From Phyllobates terribilis (Eukaryota): a DNA stretch of 64,000 nt. Each line of letters begins with the position of its first letter. The stretch's first letter is position 1. This document shows positions 12,165 to 23,775 of the stretch, piece after piece. The stretch is taken from positions 310,558,001 through 310,622,000 of the forward strand of contig NW_027362772.1 of the NCBI RefSeq assembly GCF_046119375.1. The letters run 5' to 3'. The notes beneath the pieces are model-generated. The model had not been told where the DNA came from, ran no database searches, and saw only the letters and a list, made by a program, of their open reading frames with translations. Made by a program: the position numbers and the translations under genes.

Positions 12165-15100
12165 CAAACACTTCCCTGTGGCCCGCACTCCCCACCCGTG
12201 GCCCCGCTGTGTCCTCCCCCCTGTGGCCCCGCTGTCTCCTCCCCGTGGCCCTGCTGTCTCCTCCCCGTGGCCCAGCACTCCCCCCGTGGCGCTGCTGTCT
12301 CCTCCCTGTGGCCCCGCTGTCTTCTCCCTGTGGCCCCACACTCCCCCCCCCTGTGGCCCCGCTGTCTTCTCCCTGTGGCCCCACACTCCCCCCCCCTGTG
12401 GCCCCGCTGTCTTCTCCCCGTGGCCCCGCTGTCTCCTCCCCGTGGCCCCGCACTCTCCTCCCCATGGCCCCGCTGTCTCCTCCATGTCGCCCCGCACTCT
12501 CCTCCCCGTGGCTCCGCACTCTCCCCACCGTGGCCCTGCTCTCTCTCCCCCCGTGGCCCCACTCTCTCTCCCCCCGTGGCCCCACTCTCTCCCCCCTGTG
12601 GTCCTGCTGTCTCCCCAGTGTGGCCCCGCACTCTCCCCCACGTGGCCCCGCTATCTCCCCCCGTGGACCCGCACGCTCCCCCCGTGGACCCGCACGCTTT
12701 CCCCTGTGGCCCTGCTATCTCCCCCCGTGGCCCCGCACGCTCCCCCCTGTGGCCCCGAACGCTCCCCCCTGTGGCCCCGAACGCTCCCCCCTGTGGCCCC
12801 CGCACGCTCCTCCCTGTGGCCCCGCACTCTCCTCCCCGTGACCCTGCACTCCCCACGCTCTTCTCCCTGTGGCCCCGCTGTCACCCCTCTGTGGCCCCGC
12901 TCTCTCCCCCGTGTGGCCCCGCTGTCACCCCCCCTGTGGCCCTGCACTCTCCCCCCTGTGGCCCCGCTGTCACCCCCCCTGTGGCCCCGCTGTCACCCCC
13001 CCTGTGGCCCTGCACTCTCCCCCGTGTGGCCCCGCTGTCACCCCCCCTGTGGCCCCGCTGTCACCCCCCCTGTGGCCCTGCACTCTCCCCCCTGTGGCCC
13101 CGCTCTCTCCCCCGTGTGGCCCCGCTGTCACCCCCCCTGTGGCCCTGCACTCTCCCCCCTGTGGCCCCGCTGTCACCCCCCCTGTGGCCCTGCACTCTCC
13201 CCCCTGTGGCCCCGCTCTCTCCCCCGCGTGGCCCCGCTGTCACCCCCCCTGTGGCCCTGCTGTCACCCCCCCTGTGGCCCTGCACTCTCCCCCGTGTGGC
13301 CCCGCTGTCACCCCCCCTGTGGCCCCGCTGTCACCCCCCCTGTGGCCCTGCACTCTCCCCCCTGTGGCCCCGCTGTCACCCCCCTGTGGCCCCGCTCTCT
13401 CCCCCCTGTGGCCCCGCACTCTCCCCCCTGTGGCCCCGCTCTCTCCCCCCTGTGGCCCCGCTCTCTCCCCCTGTGGCCCTGCTCTCTCCCCCCTGTGGCC
13501 CCGCACTCTCCCCCCTGTGGCCCCGCACTCTCCTCCCCGTGACCCTGCACTTCCCACGCTCTTCTCCCTGTGGCCCCGCTCTCTCCCCCGTGTGGCCCCG
13601 CTGTCACCCCCCCTGTGGCCCTGCACTCTCCCCCCTGTCACCCCCCCTGTGGCCCCGCTGTCACCCCCCCTGTGGCCCTGCACTCTCCCCCCTGTGGCCC
13701 CGCTGTCACCCCCCCGTGGCCCCGCTCTCTCCCCCGTGTGGCCCCGCTGTCACCCCCCCTATGGCCCCGCTGTCACACCCCCTGTGGCCCTGCACTCTCC
13801 CCCCTGTGGCCCTGCTCTCTCCCCCGTGTGGCCCCGCTGTCACCCCCCCTGTGGCCCTGCACTCTCCCCCGTGTGGCCCCGCTGTCACCCCCCCTGTGGC
13901 CCCGCTGTCACCCCCCCTGTGGCCCTGCACTCAACCCCGTGTAGCCCCGCTGTCACCCCCCCTGTGGCCCCGCTGTCACCCCCCTGTGGCCCTGCACTCT
14001 CCCCCGTGTGGCCCCGCTGTCACCCCCACTGTGGCCCTGCACTCTCCCCCCTGTGGCCCCGCTGTCACCCCCCTGTGGCCCCGCTCTCTCCCCCCTGTGG
14101 CCCCGAACTCTCCCCCCTGTGGCCCCGCTCTCTCCCCCCTGTGGCCCCGCTCTCTCCCCCTGTGGCCCCGCACTCTCCCCCCTGTGGCCCCGCTCTCTCC
14201 CCCCTGTGGCCCCGCTCTCTCCCCCTGTGGCCCCGCACTCTCCCCCCTGTGGCCCTGCACTCTCCCCCGTGTGGCCCCGCTGTCACCCCCCCTGTGGCCC
14301 CGCTGTCACCCCCCCTGTGGCCCTGCACTCTCCCCCGCGTGGCCCCGCTCTCTCCCCCGCGTGGCCCCGCTGTCACCCCCCCTGTGGCCCTGCTGTCACC
14401 CCCCCTGTGGCCCTGCACTCTCCCCCGTGTGGCCCCGCTGTCACCCCCCCTGTGGCCCCGCTCTCTCCCCCCTGTGGCCCCGCTCTCTCCCCCTGTGGCC
14501 CCGCTCTCTCCCCCTGTGGCCCTGCACTCCCCCCCCTGTGGCCCTGCACTCCCCCCCCTGTGGCCCCGCTCTCTCCCCCCTGTGGCCCCGCTCTCTCCCC
14601 CCTGTGGCCCCGCTCTCTCCCCCTGTGGCCCCGCTCTCTCCCCCTGTGGCCCCGCACTCCCCCCCCTGTGGACCCGCACTCCCCCCCCTGTGGACCCGCT
14701 CTCTCCCCCCTGTGGCCCCGCTCTCTCCCCCTGTGGCCCCGCTCTCTCCCCCCTGTGGTCCCGCTCTCTCCCCCTGTGGCCCCGCACTCCCCCCCTGTGG
14801 CCCCGCTCTCTCCCCCCTGTGGCCCCGCACTCTCCCCCCTGTGGCCCCGCACTCTCCCCCCTGTGGCCCCGCTCTCTCCCCCTGTGGCCCCGCTCTCTCC
14901 CCCCTGTGGTCCCGCTCTCTCCCCCTGTGGCCCCGCACTCCCCCCCTGTGGCCCCGCTCTCTCCCCCCTGTGGCCCCGCACTCTCCCCCCTGTGGCCCCG
15001 CACTCTTCCCCCTGTGGCCCCGCTCTCTCCCCCTGTGGCCCCGCTCTCTCCCCCCTGTGGCCCCGCTCTCTCCCCCTGTGGCCCCGCTCTCCCCCCCCTG

Positions 15101-15355
15101 TGGCCCCGCTCTCTCCCCCCTGTGGCCCCGCTCTCTCCCCCCTGTGGCCCCGCTCTCTCCCCCCTGTGGCCCCGCACTCTCCCCCTGTGGCCCCGCTCTC
15201 TCCCCCCTGTGGCCCCGCTCTCTCCCCCCTGTGGCCCCGCACTCCCCCCCTGTGGCCCCGCTCTCCCCCCCCTGTGGCCCCGCTCTCTCCCCCCTGTGGC
15301 CCCGCTCTCTCCCCCCTGTGGCCCCGCACTCTCCCCCTGTGGCCCCGCTCTCTCC
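12165..15355. repeat. C-rich minisatellite, ~21-23-bp unit (ccccctgtggccccgctctct / gtcacc / cactct variants)
   Basis: Direct reading; it is the source of the P/L/W-rich and G-rich pseudo-ORFs at 11979-15490. Confidence 0.97.
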
Positions 15356-15359
15356 TCTC

Positions 15360-15780
15360 TGCCCTTACAGAGAACTTTCCCGCCTTCTACACATCACCTC
15401 CTCGAAGGAGCTGCTGCAGTGTGCGCCACTGACCTCAAGGTGTCGCTACATCACAAGCACCGCATAACCCCGCCCCTTACACATGGTTGACACTGCTAGC
15501 ACCGCCCTTGACGACTCATACCAACGCTCCTGAGACCACACCCACTGCCCGTCCCCCAGCTGCAGCAATATCCAGGGGGCGTGTCTCGGATCGACTGGAG
15601 ACAGGAGCTTCGCCAATCAGCGGCTGGTATCCTGGTCACATGACGAGCCTGTCGATGGTCTTACCAGTGAAGAAGAACGGGACGTCACATCAGTCCATCT
15701 AGTCACGCCCCCTACTCGCTGTCACAACAGAACGGCGTCCCGCCCCCTTATCAGTGACACCTGCGACAGCGCCGGAACAG
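15360..15780 (+). promoter_or_regulatory. Putative SC5D promoter (CpG-rich unique island between two arrays)
   Basis: CCAAT at 15613-15617, palindromic E-box gtcacatgac at 15635-15644, CRE-like gacgtcac at ~15681, and SRE/GC-box-like ataaccccgcccc, gtcacgcccc and cccgcccc. CCAAT + GC box + SRE is the established architecture of SREBP-regulated sterol genes. TSS not determined. Confidence 0.6.
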
Positions 15781-15804
15781 GGACAGCTGAGGCGGAGGAC
15801 ACAG
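15750..15804 (+). other. SC5D: Putative non-coding exon 1 of SC5D (start approximate)
   Basis: Ends at a strong donor acag|gtgagc (15804/15805) directly after the promoter motifs. The next exon begins only 8 nt before the ATG, which requires an upstream non-coding exon. Confidence 0.55.
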
Positions 15805-15805
15805 G

Positions 15806-18660
15806 TGAGCGGAGGGGGACCGAGGGGGGGAAAGAGAGAGAGAGCGGAGGGATACGGGGGGGAGAGAGAGCGGAGGGACAGCGGGAGGGGGAGAGAGAGA
15901 GAGCGGAGGGACAGCTGAGGCGGAGGACACAGGTGAGCGGAGGGACACCGGGAGGGGGAGAGAGAGCGAGCGGAGGGATACGGGGGGGGAGAGAGAGCGG
16001 AGGGACAGCGGGAGGGGGAGAGAGAGAGAGCGGAGGGATACGGGGGGGAAGAGAGAGCGGAGGGATACGGGGGGGGGAGAGAGAGAGAGCGGAGGGATAC
16101 GGGGGGAAGAGAGAGAGAGCGGAGGGATACGGGGGGGAAGAGAGAGCGGAGGGATACGGGGGGGGAGAGAGAGAGAGCGGAGGGATACGGGGGGAAGAGA
16201 GAGAGAGCGGAGGGATACGGGGGGGAAGAGAGAGAGCGGAGGGATACGGAGGGAGAGAAAGAGCATAGGGACAGCTGAGGCGGAGGACACAGGTGAGCGG
16301 AGGGGGACCGAGGGGGGGAGAGAGAGAGAGAGAGAGAGAGCGGAGGGATACGGGGGGGGGGGGAGAGAGAGAGGGGGGAAGAGAGAGAGAGCGGAGGGAT
16401 ACGGGGGGAAGAGAGAGAGAGCGGAGGGATACGGGGGGGAAGAGAGAGAGCGGAGGGATACGGAGGGAGAGAAAGAGCATAGGGACAGCTGAGGCGGAGG
16501 ACACAGGTGAGCGGAGGGGGACCGAGGGGGGAGAGAGAGAGAGAGAGCGGAGGGATACGGGGGGGGGAGAGAGAGAGCGGAGGGACAGCTGAGGCGGAGG
16601 ACACAGGTGAGCGGAGGGGGACCGAGGGGGGGAGAGAGAGAGAGAGCGGAGGGATACCGGGAGGGGGAGAGAGAGAGAGCGGGGGACCCCGGGGGAAAGA
16701 GAGAGCGAGCGGACGGATACCGGGAGGGGGAGAGAGAGAGAGAGCGGAGGGACACCGGGAGGGGGAGAGAGAGAGAGCGGAGGGACACCGGGAGGGGGAG
16801 AGAGAGACAGCGGAGGGACACCGGGAGGGGGAGAGAGAGCGTAGGGACAGCTGAGGCGGAGGACACAGGTGAGCGGGGAGAGAGAGAGCGGAGGGACAGA
16901 GGGGGGGAGGAGAGAGAGCGCAGGGACAGAGGGGGGTGGAGAGAGAGCGGAGGGACAGGGGGGGGGGAAGAGAGAGCGGAGGGACAGAGGAGGGAGGAGA
17001 GAGAGCGGTGGGAGAGAGAGAGCGGAGGGACAGAGGGGGGTGGAGAGAGAGCGCAGGGACAAAGGGGGGTGGAGAGAGAGCGGAGGGACAGAGGAGGGGG
17101 GAGAGAGAGCGGAGGGACAGAGGAGGGGGGAGAGAGAGCGGAGGGACAGAGGAGGGGGGAGAGAGAGCGGAGGGACAGAGGAGGGGGGAGAGAGAGCGGA
17201 GGGACAGAGGGGGGGGAGAGAGCGCAGGGACAGAGGGGGGGAGAGAGAGCGCAGGGACAGAGGGGGGGAGAGAGAGCGCAGGGACAGAGGTGGGGGAGAG
17301 AGCGCAGGGACAGAGGGGGGGAGAGAGAGCGCAGGGACAGAGGTGGGGGAGAGAGCGGAGGGACAGAGGAGGGGGGGGAGAGAGAGCACAGGGACAGAGG
17401 GGGGAGAGAGAGCGGAGGGACAGAGGAGGGGGGGGAGAGAGAGCGGAGGGACAGAGGGGGGAGAGAGAGCGGAGGGACAGAGGGGGGGAGAGAGAGCGGA
17501 GGGACAGAGGGGGGGAGAGAAAGCGGAGGGACAGAGGGGGGGGGGAGAGAGCGGAGGGACAGAGGGGGGGAGAGAGAGCGGAGGGACAGAGGAGGGGGGG
17601 GAGAGAGCACAGGGACAGAGGGGGGAGAGAGAGCGGAGGGACAGAGGGGGGGAGAGAGAGCGGAGGGACAGAGGGGGGGAGAGAGAGCGGAGGGACAGAG
17701 GGGGGGAGAGAGAGCGGAGGGACAGAGGGGGGGGAGAGAGAGCGGAGGGACAGAGGGGGGGGAGAGCGGAGGGACAGAGGGGGGTGGAGAGAGAGCAGAG
17801 GGGGGGGAGAGAGCGGAGGGACAGAGGGGGGAGAGAGAGCGGAGGGACAGAGGGGGGGGAGAGAGAGCGGAGGGACAGAGGGGGGGGGAGAGAGAGCGGA
17901 AGGACAGAGGAGGGGAGAGAGAGAGCGGAGGGACAGAGGGGGGGGAGAGAGCGGAGGGACAGAGGGGGGGGAGAGAGAGCGGAGGGACAGAGGGGGGGAG
18001 AGAGAGCGGAAGGACAGAGGAGGGGAGAGAGAGAGCGGAGGGACAGAGGGGGGGAGAGAGCACAGGGACAGAGGGGGGGAGAGAGAGAGCGGAGGGACAG
18101 AGGAGGGGGGAGAGCGCGGAGGGACAGAGGGGGGAGAGAGCGCGGAGGGACAGAGGGGGGGAGAGAGCGCGGAGGGACAGAGGGGGGGGAGAGAGCGCGG
18201 AGGGACAGAGGGGGGGAGAGAGCGCGGAGGGACAGAGGGGGGGGAGAGAGCGCGGAGGGACAGAGGGGGGGGAGAGAGCGCGGAGGGACAGAGGGGGGGG
18301 AGAGAGCGCGGAGGGACAGAGGGGGGGGAGAGAGCGCGGAGGGACAGAGGGGGGGGAGAGAGAGAGCGGAGGGGGAGAGAGCGCGGAGGGACAGAGGGAG
18401 GGGGAGAGAGCGCGGAGGGACAGAGGGAGGAGGAGAGAGCGCGGAGGGACAGAGGGGGGGGAGAGAGCGGAGGGACAGAGGGGGGGGGAGAGAGAGCGGA
18501 GGGACAGAGGAGGGGGGAGAGAGCGGAGCGACAGGGGGGGAGAGAGAGCGGAGGGACACGGGGGGGACGGACAGAGAGAGCGGAGGGACACGGGGGGGGT
18601 GTCAGAGAGAGAGCGGAGGGACACGGTGGGGGGGGGTCAGAGAGAGCGGAGGGGGGCGGG
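15806..18660. repeat. GA/G-rich minisatellite (~25-30-bp unit, gagagagcggagggacagagggggg) in SC5D intron 1
   Basis: Direct reading; it is the source of the E/R/G-rich and S/P/L-rich pseudo-ORFs. Confidence 0.97.
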
Positions 18661-18955
18661 AGAGAGAGAGTCTGTGGCCGGGCGGCGGGGGCCCCCGTGC
18701 AGTCTGTGGCCGGGCGGCGGGGCTCCATGGAGCTTTTACGACGCATCAATACCACATATGTCTCGGCTTTATCTGTTCCTACTGGAGGAGCATCATCATG
18801 GCAACACATGGCGATCACGGGGTGGGGGGTGAGTGTGACTGCTGGGCCAAAGGGTGTACTGCGGGTGTTAGTACGGGGTTCAGTCTTAGGGGGCCCCACC
18901 CCCACCCTGGGTAGGAGGTCTTGACTGCTGTTTGGTTCCGGTTTCAGGGGCCACC

Positions 18956-19165
18956 ATGGATCTCGTCCTGAACGTGGCTGACCATTACTTCTTCACCCCT
19001 CACGTGTACCCGGCGTCCTGGAGCGAGGACCACCCCCTGCGACAGTTCCTCAGCCTCTTAGTGGTCACCAATCTGGGGGCGGTGGTCATCTACTTCCTGT
19101 TTGGGGGCCTCAGTTACTTCTTCATTTTCGACCACTCTCTGATGAAGCACCCACAGTTCCTGGAG
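18956..19165 (+). CDS. SC5D: SC5D (lathosterol oxidase / sterol C5-desaturase) coding exon 1 of 4, 210 nt
   Basis: Acceptor tttcag|ggg at 18947/18948, Kozak gccaccATGg, peptide MDLVLNVADHYFFTPHVYPASWSEDHPLRQ...MKHPQFLE, donor gag|gtgaga. Confidence 0.95.
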
Positions 19166-19714
19166 GTGAGAAGCCGCGTGATCGGTGCCGCGTGTTCGGT
19201 GCCGGCGCCGTCTCTGCGGATCTCCCCTATAATTGGCGTTTTCCTATGTGAATGTGTATGATTCACAACGCTTTATATCTCCTACCGTCTGCTCCAGAGC
19301 TGCAATCACTGTTCTTGCTGGAACATCATGTCTTATTCTCTAGTCACCTCCAGAGCTGCATTCATATTTCTGCTATTATATATTCTACACCTGTCACATC
19401 CAAAGTAGTATTATAATTCACACGTCTTGTATTCCATTCACCTCCAGAGCTGCATTTATAATTCTCTCATTAGATCATGTCATCCACACCACTAACATCC
19501 ATTGTGACATTCATAACCGTGACTCCATTGTATGTTCTACTATACTCTCATCCAGAGCTGCATTCGTTATTCTGCTGTGGCATCATGATGTCTCCTCTAG
19601 TCACATCCAAAGCTGTGTTGATAATCCGTACCACGGCCCCCAACGATCACATGACATGAATAGCGCTGTGGCTACTGGCCCAGACAAGACTACGACCTCC
19701 GCTGCCCTGTAGGT

Positions 19715-19780
19715 CCGGCAAAGGAGAGCATCAGTAAGGAAAGGAGAGCATCAGTAAGGAAAGGAGAGCATCAGTAAGGA
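19715..19780. repeat. 21-bp unit x3 (aaggagagcatcagtaaggaa) in SC5D intron 2
   Basis: Direct reading. Confidence 0.85.
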
Positions 19781-19858
19781 GGGCTGTATTGGGCGCAGTC
19801 TTCCTTACGTCGTGTCCTCGGAGCTGCATTCACCGTTGTCTCCCTTTTTTTGGTATAG

Positions 19859-19991
19859 AATCAGGTGCGACGAGAGATCGTCTACTCGCTGAAGTCCATG
19901 CCGTGGATGAGTGTGCCGACCGTCGGCCTCTTCTTAGCTGAAGTCCGGGGGTACAGCCGGCTGTATGACAACATTGACAGCTCCCCCTACG
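19859..19991 (+). CDS. SC5D: SC5D coding exon 2 of 4, 133 nt
   Basis: Not in the ORF track. Acceptor tttttttggtatag|aat, peptide NQVRREIVYSLKSMPWMSVPTVGLFLAEVRGYSRLYDNIDSSPY(G), donor g|gtaaga. Phases join correctly to both neighbouring exons. Confidence 0.95.
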
Positions 19992-20689
19992 GTAAGAGAG
20001 CGGGGACACCGTATTAGCCTTAGTATGAGTATTAATGTGGAAGGTGCACTTACAGATTAGCAATATCAGAGAGTGGATGGTGGTGCTGGTCTTTACCCCG
20101 TCGACGCCGTTTCGCCTTGGGCTTCTTCCAAAAGGGGGCGCACCTAACTTCTGTTCATGTGACTATATATGTGCTATCTATCAGCTGTCTTTCATTAAAC
20201 TGCCCAGGCTAATGATCACGGCGCATGCCTTAATTACTCCATACCCCTGTATGCCAAAGGGACTTCCTGCGACGCCGCGCTTGACACGCATGCGATGCTC
20301 ACTGCGCAGGTCCGCAGTCATAAGGGTTTGCGGATCATCGCATGCGCACTCATTGCCTGGGTTCCCCATATAGCAATAGCGTTGTTTGAAGTGGGCGTGA
20401 CTAAGGTACGATAATTGAGAACAAGAAGCTCTCCAGGCAAATGGAAGGTTTTACATATAACAACCCATCTCTAAGGAATATTTTATGGGCGACTCCATGT
20501 ACACTCATTAATTTAGAGTCCCCATATTATGATAATGCACATATACCACTGGAACATACTATAGATAAATATATTTCACATGATCATTATTAAACTAATT
20601 TAATATCCTAACTATGAAATATGTATGTATATATATAATGTATATGTCAGTATATGAAACTTGTGCAAGTGCTTACTATATTGCAGGAT

Positions 20690-21735
20690 GTAACTCGGGA
20701 TCAGTAATGTAATGTATGTACACAGTGACTACACCAGCAGAATAGTGAGTGCAGCTCTGGAGTATAATACAGGAGGTAACTCAGGATCAGTAATGTATGT
20801 ACACAGTGACTACACCAGCAGAATAGTGAGTGCAGCTCTGGAGTATAATACAGGAAGTAACTCAGGATCAGTAATGTAATGTATGTACACAGTGACTGCA
20901 CCAGCAGAATAGTGAGTGCAGCTCTGGAGTATAATACAGGAGGTAACTCAGGATCAGTAATGTAATGTATGTACACAGTGACTGCACCAGCAGAATAGTG
21001 AGTGCAGCTCTGGAGTATAATACAGGATGTAACTCAGGATCAGTAATGTAATGTATGTACACAATGACTGCACCAGCAGAATAGTGAGTGCAGCTCTGGA
21101 GTATAATACAGGAGGTAACTCAGGATCAGTAATGTAATGTATGTACACAGTGACTGCACCAGCAGAATAGTGAGTGCAGCTCTGGAGTATAATACAGGAG
21201 GTAACTCAGGATCAGTAATGTAATGTATGTACACAGTGACCGCACCAGCAGAATAGTGAGTGCAGCTCTGGAGTATAATACAGGAGGTAACTCAGGATCA
21301 GTAATGTAATGTATGTACACAGTGACCGCACCAGCATAATAGTGAGTGCAGCTCTGGAGTATAATACAGGAGGTAACTCCGGATCAGTAATGTAATGTAT
21401 GTACACAATGACTGCACCAGCAGAATAGTGAGTGCAGCTCTGGAGTATAATACAGGAGGTAACTCAGGATCAGTAATGTAATGTATGCACACAGTGAATG
21501 CACCAGCAGAATAGTGAGTGCAGCTCTGGAGTATAATACAGGAGGTAACTCAGGATCACTAATGTATGTACACAGTGACTGCACCAGCAGAATAGTGAGT
21601 GCAGCTCTGGAGTATAATACAGGAGGTAACTCAGGATCAGTAATGTAATGTATGTACACAGTGAGTTCAGCTCTGGAGTATAATACAGGATGTAGCTCAG
21701 GATCAGTACAGGATCAGTAATGTAATGTATGTACA
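20690..21735. repeat. 86-bp tandem repeat (~12 copies) in SC5D intron 3
   Basis: Unit gatcagtaatgtaatgtatgtacacagtgactgcaccagcagaatagtgagtgcagctctggagtataatacaggaggtaactcag; the ORF track repeats every 86 bp. Confidence 0.95.
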
Positions 21736-21777
21736 CAGTCCATACATGACTGATGCGTGTTGTTTCCCCTCCCCCAG

Positions 21778-21878
21778 GTTGGTTTGGCGTCCTCCTCAGT
21801 ATGTTCTCTTTCCTCTTCTTCACGGATATGTGCATATACTGGATCCATCGCTTCCTGCATCATAAGCTCATTTACAAG
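21778..21878 (+). CDS. SC5D: SC5D coding exon 3 of 4, 101 nt
   Basis: Acceptor cccctcccccag|gt, peptide (G)WFGVLLSMFSFLFFTDMCIYWIHRFLHHKLIYK containing His box 1 (HRFLH), donor aag|gtacac. Confidence 0.95.
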
Positions 21879-21887
21879 GTACACTGG

Positions 21888-21978
21888 ACGCTCCCCCCGC
21901 GCACTGATGACGCCGCACGCTCCCCCCGCGCACTGATGACGCCGCACGCTCCCCCCGCGCACTGATGATGCCGCACGC
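21888..21978. repeat. 29-bp unit x3 (acgctccccccgcgcactgatgacgccgc) just after the exon donor
   Basis: Copies start at 21888, 21917 and 21946. Confidence 0.85.
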
Positions 21979-22194
21979 AGTCACTGAATAGATAAACATT
22001 ACCTCCAGAAGATGCCGGATTATCGGGCAGTCTGGACCCCCGATTATCGGGCAGTTGGGGCCCCCGATGGTCCTGACTGTCTGATGGTTGGGCACTGATC
22101 GTCCACACTATCTGGTAATCGGGCAGCTTGCAGGCCCCACCGGTTCCAGATTGGGGGAATGTTTATGAGGTCGCACCCTGCTTGTGTCTTTCAG

Positions 22195-22602
22195 AACGTG
22201 CACAAGCCGCACCACCTGTGGAAGGTGACCACGCCGTTCGCCAGCCATGCCTTCCACCCGCTGGACGGCTTCCTGCAGAGCCTCCCGTACCACGTCTACC
22301 CCTTCATCTTCCCGCTGCACAAGGTCACCTATCTGGGCCTCTACATCTTCGTCAACATTTGGACGGTGTCCATCCACGACGGGGATTACCGCGTCCCCAA
22401 GGCCTTCGAGAGCGTCATCAACGGCGCAGCTCACCACACCGACCACCACCTCTACTTCGACTACAACTTCGGCCAATACTTCACACTGTGGGATAAAATT
22501 GGGGGGTCCTACAAGAACCCGTCCGCCCTGGAAGGCAACGGCCCCCACGACCTGTGCCGGAAACTGGCGCACGAGAACAGCGAATCCAAGAAGAGCAACT
22601 AA
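22195..22602 (+). CDS. SC5D: SC5D coding exon 4 of 4, 408 nt including stop; spliced CDS 852 nt = 283 aa
   Basis: Acceptor gtgtctttcag|aac; His boxes HKPHH and HHTDHH; [13 protein letters not shown] and [17 protein letters not shown]. The C-terminal KKSN* fits the KKxx ER-retrieval signal. Confidence 0.96.
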   Translation, partial: NVHKPHHLWKVTTPFASHAFHPLDGFLQSLPYHVYPFIFPLHKVTYLGLYIFVNIWTVSIHDGDYRVPKAFESVINGAAHHTDHHLYFDYNFGQYFTLWDKIGGSYKNPSALEGNGPHDLCRKLAHENSESKKSN

Positions 22603-23435
22603 GATGGCGGCCGGCGTCATCCCGCGCCACTTCTATAATTGGAGGAACTGCGACCTCAGCTGATTAACCTCTTCCTGCCCCGGGGCCAGTCAGGGGCCAC
22701 CCTGTAACTGTGTAATTACAGTGTTTAATGAATGACGACTAATCAGGGGCCACGCGGAGCGGAGTGATCAGATGGCAGCGCCGGTCACTGACCCCGGCAG
22801 ATACCGTATCACCCAGACTATGGCGGGGGCAGGGCAAAGTCCGAGGACGGCCGACTGCGTCACTCCTCCGCCCCAGACCCGACCTGACGACAGGTGGAAA
22901 ATGTCCCCGGCCGAGACGCCAAAGTCTGAGCAGTGACAAGTTCTCCGACCTTCTCCCGTCTTCGCTCCTCAGGATCTCTGCTTGCTGCCAGCGAACTGGA
23001 CATGTCACCTGCCCCAAACCATCCGGCCGTAACGCTCACAGGTTTCTGTACCCCGACCCCATACAGTTCACCTGCGCTGATACATTGTAACAAACAAGCC
23101 AGACAGGAGAGGACCATGCCATGTGGTCACCTCACAGAGGATCGTCAGGACACGATGCCACTGGAACAAACCCTCAGCTCTGTGACAAGGCTGCGTAAGG
23201 CCCAGACTTCAGTCTCTGGATAGATAGAAAAAATGATCCCGTTCACTGCCAGCAAGCGGAGATCTTGATGATGATGATGATGATGGTGAAGATCAGAAAG
23301 TGTCAGATCTCCGGGATCCGGTGATCGGCTTCTGTCCCGTGACTCTCCTCCGTCAGCGCTGTGATTCCTGGCGTCTTACTGTACGATCCGCGCGGAGACG
23401 TCTGGGATCGGCTGGTGCTCCTGAACCGACCACTG

Positions 23436-23600
23436 GGTCCACGCGTGCCTCCTGCGCGGGGAACATGGGGGTCCACGCGTGCCTCCTGCGCGGGGAACAT
23501 GGGGGTCCACGCGTGCCTCCTGCGCGGGGAACATGGGGGTCCACGCGTGCCTCCTGCGCGGGGAACATGGGGGTCCACGCGTGCCTCCTGCGCGGAGAAA
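23436..23600. repeat. 34-bp GC-rich minisatellite (~4.5 copies), probably in the SC5D 3' UTR
   Basis: Unit gggtccacgcgtgcctcctgcgcggggaacatgg; copies start at 23471 and 23505, etc. Confidence 0.9.
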
Positions 23601-23713
23601 GCGGGGGTCTACGCGTGGACGCGTGTCACTTCATGTACATATTATAATAATATCGGAGCCGAGAGCCAATCAGAAGACAGTATATATTTTATGTTCTTGA
23701 TGCAAGGACCAGA

Positions 23714-23719
23714 AATAAA
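23714..23719 (+). terminator. Candidate SC5D polyadenylation signal AATAAA
   Basis: Canonical hexamer noted downstream of the stop codon, in an AT-rich stretch just before the 44-bp array; no transcript evidence. Confidence 0.3.
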
Positions 23720-23775
23720 ATAATTTCATAATGAACAATGGTCTGTTTGTAAGAAGGGAAGATACAGAGGACACA

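Noticed and set aside
12071-15490. Long Pro-rich and Gly-rich (collagen-like GESGATGG) ORFs up to 1112 aa
   Set aside because: They are translations of a 21-23-bp minisatellite that is open in several frames on both strands; there is no strict Gly-X-Y period and no splice context.
15699-18924. ORFs of 660-1068 aa (E/R/G-rich and S/P/L-rich)
   Set aside because: They come from a GA-rich intronic array lacking stop codons and overlap in all frames.
18932-22663. Stand-alone ORFs 18932-19261, 21753-21965 and 22159-22602
   Set aside because: These are SC5D exons with read-through into flanking introns; splice sites and phases define the true boundaries.
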